Of a stretch of DNA of 64,000 bases, positions 59,713 to 64,000 are shown piece after piece. The notes beneath the pieces were generated by a model that saw only the letters and a program-made list of their open reading frames with translations, did not search any database and was not told where the DNA came from. The first letter of the stretch is position 1; every line of letters starts with the position of its first letter. The translations under genes were made by a program, and so were the position numbers. The stretch is from Trueperaceae bacterium (GTDB lineage: Bacteria; Deinococcota; Deinococci; Deinococcales; Trueperaceae), in contig OZ243927.1 of NCBI GenBank assembly GCA_965213925.1, positions 608,001-672,000 on the forward strand, in the 5' to 3' direction.

Positions 59713-60780
59713 ATGCTGAATGAGACGGTTGCTGTGCTCGCACTGCTGATATCCCCTATGAGCGTGTTCGGATTTGCGGCGGCGCAGACCTCATCCGCGG
59801 AAGCGGCACAGACGCTGAGTTTAGTGGATGTGACGGAGATCGCTCCCGAACTGGACGCCGACGTGATCACGGCGCGCGCCGACTTAGCGGCTGCCGAGCG
59901 CGAACTGAGGCGCGTGATAGGAGACCCGCTCGCCTTGCGCTTGTCGCGTTTGGAGGCGGAGCAGCGGGTGGCGAGTGAGCAAGCTGACCTGACCTCAGCG
60001 CGGTCAGGCGCGGAGCGAGACGCTGCGGGTCGCTATTTTGACGCACTCGAGGCGGACGACGCCTTAGACCTCGCGAGGGCGCGACGTGGCATCGCCCGAA
60101 CGACGGCGCAAGCGACGCGAATCCGCTTCGACGCAGGGCAACTCGGACAGCTCGAGCTGTCCCGCGCCCAGAACGACCTCTCCGCCGCCGAGCGCGAGGT
60201 GGCGAGCGCCGAGCAGAGGCGGACGTTCGCGTACGGCGAGTTGGCGAGCTTGCTGGGGCGAGAGGTCGACGCGTTGCGGCTCCTCGCGCCTTTCGCGCCG
60301 CCGCCCATCCCACCTTTAGAAGAGGTGCTAGGACGTCTGGACGAGAACGCGGCGTTGCAGCGCGCGGAGCAAGCGGTGGAGGTGGCGGAGGTGAGGCTCG
60401 AGCTAGCGGACAGTGCCTACAGCCCCCAACGCGACATCGAAGCGGCGGAGGACGCGCTCGCGAGCGCCCGGACGCAGCGCCGCGAGTTGCGCCGCAGCTT
60501 AAACCTCTCGGTGCGCGGCGCGTACAACGCGGCGTTAGCGGCTCGAGATGCCTATCAGAACGCCCAGGCAGCGTTGCAGAGCGCGGAGGATGAGTTGGAG
60601 GCACAGAGGTTTCGCTTCGAGGCAGGCGACGTGTCCCGCCTGACCTTAGCCGAGTCGGAGCGGAGCGTCGCGGAAAGCGCGGCGGCGCGGCGAAGTGCGC
60701 AGTATGCGCTCACTGAGGCGGTGACGCAACTAGACTTAGTCGTGCAGGGAAGCGTGAGCAGTGAGGTGCAGAGTGAGTAA
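59713..60780 (+). CDS. TolC-like outer-membrane efflux protein
   Basis: Signal peptide and two helical repeats with RFDAG/RFEAG. Confidence 0.8.
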   Translation: MLNETVAVLALLISPMSVFGFAAAQTSSAEAAQTLSLVDVTEIAPELDADVITARADLAAAERELRRVIGDPLALRLSRLEAEQRVASEQADLTSARSGAERDAAGRYFDALEADDALDLARARRGIARTTAQATRIRFDAGQLGQLELSRAQNDLSAAEREVASAEQRRTFAYGELASLLGREVDALRLLAPFAPPPIPPLEEVLGRLDENAALQRAEQAVEVAEVRLELADSAYSPQRDIEAAEDALASARTQRRELRRSLNLSVRGAYNAALAARDAYQNAQAALQSAEDELEAQRFRFEAGDVSRLTLAESERSVAESAAARRSAQYALTEAVTQLDLVVQGSVSSEVQSE

Positions 60781-60824
60781 TCGCGTGGTGATAGCATTTC
60801 CAAAACGTACTGAGACAAAGGGGC

Positions 60825-60944
60825 GCAGATATCATCTCAAAATGTGCGTGCTGCTTACGCAGTTTTCCAATTACGAAGTTTCCCGCAGGGAAGGAAACGA
60901 TGTTCTAAAAAGCGAGAGTATTTCAAACCAGATGATGCCTGCTA
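60825..60944. repeat. Family B element (B3)
   Basis: TIR GCAGATATCATCT / AGATGATGCCTGC. Confidence 0.78.
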
Positions 60945-60972
60945 TAAGTAGTCATGCGAAGAGGAATGAACG

Positions 60973-62367
60973 ATGGCAGACGCAGTAAGTACATCCACCG
61001 GAGACACAACCCCAAAGCCTCGCCGCCGCTGGGGACGCTGGCTCATTCTCATTGTCCTCGTCGTAGCGGGCGCGGCGGGCGTCTACGGCTTTTTGCAACG
61101 CGGCGACGGCGCGACAGGTCAGCGCACGTTGGTCGAGCGTGTAGAACGCGACGCCTTCGTGCGCGATGTATCGGGGACGGGCACCGTCGAGGCGGCGCAG
61201 ACGCGCACACTCACTTTCGGATCAGTCGGTACAGTGGCAGAACTGAACGTCTCCGAGGGGGACGAAGTGGAGGCGGGCGCAGTGCTCGCCCGCTTGGACA
61301 CGGCGGCCTTGGAGCGCGACTTAGCCTCGAGCCAAGCCAACCTCCAGAGCGCCCAAGCGGAAGCGCAGCGCGTGACGGCGCAAGAGGAGGCGGACAGGCT
61401 GGACGCCTCGAGCGGTACCGCGAGCGCCCAGGACACCCTCGCTAACGCCGAGCAAACCCTGCGCAACGCGCAGCAAAAGCTCGTCACGACGGAGCGTTTA
61501 GCGGAGACGGGGGCGGTCTCGAGCAACGAACTTCAGGCTGATAGGGACGCCGTCGCTCAAGCAGAGCGCGCTGTAAGCCAAGCGCAAATTGCCCTCCAAT
61601 CCGCCGAGTCGCGGCAGGGCAACTTTGACCAGCTCGCCGCCGCGCAGCGTGCGAGCAGCTTGGCGAACGTGGCGTCTTTGGAGACTGGCGTCGCCAACTT
61701 GCAGTCGCAACTGGATGAGGCGCAACTCACCGCACCCTTCGCGGGCACAGTCAGCCGCATCGACTTTGACGCGGGCGACCAGGTGGCGGCAGGTCAGGGT
61801 GGCGTCCAGATGGTGGACACCTCGTCGCTCTTCGTCGAGGCGCGTTTTGACGAAAACCGCGCGTTGGAACTGCAACGCGGTCAAAGCGCCACCATCGCCC
61901 CCGACGCCGACCCCGAAAGTCGCATCCCTGCCACCGTCGTGCGCGTCAACCCCGTTGCCACCCGCGACGAAGTGGTGGGGCAGAGCACGGGGCAGGGCAC
62001 CGCTCAAGTCGTCGCCCGGCTCGAGTTCGCCGACGAGACGAGTGACCTCTTGGCGCGCGGGCTCATTCGCCCCGGCTACACGGTGACGGCTCGCGTGGAC
62101 GTCAACCGCCTCGAGGACGCGCTGCTCATCCCTTTAGAAGCCATTAGCGAGGACGAGGGCGAGCGATACGTCTACAAGGTCAACCAGAGCGAAGAGGGGC
62201 AGGGGACGGCGCAGCGTGCGGTCATCGACGTGTTAGACAGCAACGCGACGGTCGCGGCGGCAGAGAGTAATAACTTACAAGAGAACGACCTCATCGCGCT
62301 CACCAATTTAGAGGACATCGAAGACGAAGGCGCGGTGCAGTACGACCCGTTGGAGGATGAGCGGTGA
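60973..62367 (+). CDS. Efflux membrane-fusion protein (MacA/HlyD-like)
   Basis: N-terminal TM helix, V.EGDEV.AG.VLARLD, coiled coil and LTAPFAG. Confidence 0.88.
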   Translation: MADAVSTSTGDTTPKPRRRWGRWLILIVLVVAGAAGVYGFLQRGDGATGQRTLVERVERDAFVRDVSGTGTVEAAQTRTLTFGSVGTVAELNVSEGDEVEAGAVLARLDTAALERDLASSQANLQSAQAEAQRVTAQEEADRLDASSGTASAQDTLANAEQTLRNAQQKLVTTERLAETGAVSSNELQADRDAVAQAERAVSQAQIALQSAESRQGNFDQLAAAQRASSLANVASLETGVANLQSQLDEAQLTAPFAGTVSRIDFDAGDQVAAGQGGVQMVDTSSLFVEARFDENRALELQRGQSATIAPDADPESRIPATVVRVNPVATRDEVVGQSTGQGTAQVVARLEFADETSDLLARGLIRPGYTVTARVDVNRLEDALLIPLEAISEDEGERYVYKVNQSEEGQGTAQRAVIDVLDSNATVAAAESNNLQENDLIALTNLEDIEDEGAVQYDPLEDER

Positions 62368-63176
62368 GCGGCACGGTAAGCGATGTTGCCATCTCTAGAG
62401 ATAACGTTAAGTCCTCGAGGCTCGAGCCCAAAACAACCAAGACGGGCGGCGCGGACAACGTCATCGAGGCGAAGGACCTGCGCAAAATTTACACGCTCGA
62501 GGGCGGCTTAGAGGTCCACGCCCTACGCGGCTTAGACCTCACCATTCCGAGAGGTCAGTACGCCGCCGTCATGGGACCGTCGGGCTCGGGCAAGTCCACA
62601 CTCTTGCAGATTTTAGGCTGTTTGGATACGCCCTCGAGCGGCTCGTACCGCCTCGCGAACCAAGAGGTCTCGGATTTGTCCGAAGACGAACTCTCGACGA
62701 TTCGCAATAGGCGCATCGGCTTCATTTTTCAGGCATACAACCTCTTGCCCCGTGCGAACGCCTTACAAAACGTCGCGCTGCCGCTCATGTATAGGGGCAC
62801 CTCCGCCAGCCAGCGCACCCTAGCCGCCAGACAAGCCCTCAGCCGCGTCGGTCTCGGCGACCGCTTGGACCACCGCCCGAACCAGCTCTCCGGCGGACAG
62901 AAGCAGCGCGTCGCCATCGCCCGCGCGTTAGCCACCGACCCCGACATCCTCTTAGCGGACGAGCCCACCGGCAACTTAGACAGCAAAACGGGCGAGGAAA
63001 TCTTAGGACTCTTCAGCGAACTCCACGCCGAAGGGCGCACCGTCGTGATGGTCACGCACGAACAAGAGGTGGCGGAACACTGCGAGGTCATCGTGCGAAT
63101 TTTGGACGGCAAAGTGGAGCGCGTGGAAAGGGTGGAGAACCGCCGCCACGCGGTCTTTACAGGGGAGATTCCGTGA
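62364..63176 (+). CDS. MacB-type ABC ATP-binding protein
   Basis: [17 protein letters not shown] and ADEPTGNLD. Confidence 0.93.
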   Translation: MSGTVSDVAISRDNVKSSRLEPKTTKTGGADNVIEAKDLRKIYTLEGGLEVHALRGLDLTIPRGQYAAVMGPSGSGKSTLLQILGCLDTPSSGSYRLANQEVSDLSEDELSTIRNRRIGFIFQAYNLLPRANALQNVALPLMYRGTSASQRTLAARQALSRVGLGDRLDHRPNQLSGGQKQRVAIARALATDPDILLADEPTGNLDSKTGEEILGLFSELHAEGRTVVMVTHEQEVAEHCEVIVRILDGKVERVERVENRRHAVFTGEIP

Positions 63177-63249
63177 TAGCGCGTCGAATCTCAAGAGGTG
63201 TTACAAGAAGGCTGTTAGATGCGAATCGTCTGAGCCAGCCAAGTTACCG

Positions 63250-63352
63250 TGTCACCCCGAACGGATGTGAGGGGTCTCGTCCCACAATCTCAATCAGAGA
63301 AGAAAGCGAATGCAGAGATTCTTCGCTGCACTTCGTTCCGCTCAGAATGACA
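63250..63352. repeat. Family A core hairpin without the outer TIR (A5)
   Basis: TGTCACCCCGAAC..GGGGTCTCG..GAGATTCTTCG..GCTCAGAATGACA. Confidence 0.8.
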
Positions 63353-63375
63353 AATTCGTGTAAGGGTGAGCGTTA

Positions 63376-64000
63376 ATGCTCCTAGAAAACATCCGCACCG
63401 CCTTCGAAGCCCTCCAAGGCAACCGCCTCCGCTCGGTCTTGACGCTTTTAGGCGTCGTCATCGGCGTCTTCGCCGTCACCACGACGATCAGCATGGGCGC
63501 GATTGCGACGGCAGGTATTACGAATGAGTTGCAGAGCTTCGGGGCGCAGTCGCTCTTTGTCGTAGTGGAGCAGGACAACCCGCAGGCAGAACCCCTTACG
63601 GATGACGATATCGAAGCGTTGTCGAGGCTGCCCATCGACATCTTGCAGACGCAGGGCGTCTTCGGCGTCGGGCGCTACGGGGATGAGGAGACCTCCCTAA
63701 CGGTCAACGGCACGACGCCTAACGCCGTAGAGGTGGACCGCAGCTTAGAACTCGCTCGCGGACGCTACTTCAGCGCCACCGAAGCGAGACGCGCCGCGCC
63801 CGTCATCGTCCTCTCGGCGGACGCAGGCGAGGCGTTTTTCGAGAACGGCGTGGACCCCATCGGCAAAGAGATCAGCGTCACGGTGGACGGCTCGCGCAGC
63901 TTTTACACGGTTATCGGGATCAAGGAGCGCATTAGCGGGACCTTGGGCAGTTTCGCGAACGACACGAGCGGCGATATTCCTTTAGAGACGCTGTACGTCA
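63376..64000 (+). CDS. MacB-type ABC permease, 3' end outside the window
   Basis: MLLENIRTAFEALQGNRLRSVLTLLGVVIGVFAV..., open to the window end. Confidence 0.9.
   Translation, partial: MLLENIRTAFEALQGNRLRSVLTLLGVVIGVFAVTTTISMGAIATAGITNELQSFGAQSLFVVVEQDNPQAEPLTDDDIEALSRLPIDILQTQGVFGVGRYGDEETSLTVNGTTPNAVEVDRSLELARGRYFSATEARRAAPVIVLSADAGEAFFENGVDPIGKEISVTVDGSRSFYTVIGIKERISGTLGSFANDTSGDIPLETLYV

Noticed and set aside
63173..63376. Short ORFs over repeats (also 8697-8945, 51563-51814, 60761-60988)
   Set aside because: They are translations of family A or B repeat DNA.

Overview
This is a bacterial chromosomal window of about 60% GC (estimated by eye). Gene style, a short Mfd and many leaderless -10/start-codon arrangements suggest Deinococcota, possibly Trueperaceae-like (inference). 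From left to right it holds: a partial PIN toxin; a form I (AYRCSFR) aerobic CO dehydrogenase cluster coxM-S-L-F(YHS)-D-E-xdhC with no coxG; otsAB; an orphan gene behind a consensus promoter and a rod-like structured leader or ncRNA; an ABC exporter, GGDEF and DUF423 genes; pth-rplY-prs; tRNA-Leu(CAG); copA; a methylated-osmolyte/C1 operon (DMG oxidase, DmdA-like aminomethyltransferase, metF, fhs, BCCT); aconitase; a DAC-YbbR fusion; mfd; a kinase/PP2C pair; a PAS-LuxR regulator divergent from a general-stress-like cluster; an arylsulfotransferase; DUF389 and a channel; two yihY; and a Yip1-TolC-MacAB-like efflux operon. Spacers are filled with at least five families of small non-autonomous repeats, one nested inside another, and no transposase is present. 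The strongest unexplained signal is the non-palindromic octamer GACCTCTT/AAGAGGTC at roughly 1 per kb on both strands, including intergenic DNA and hairpin stems, which resembles a DNA-uptake sequence. All counts are manual and all family calls come from motif recognition, not database searches.
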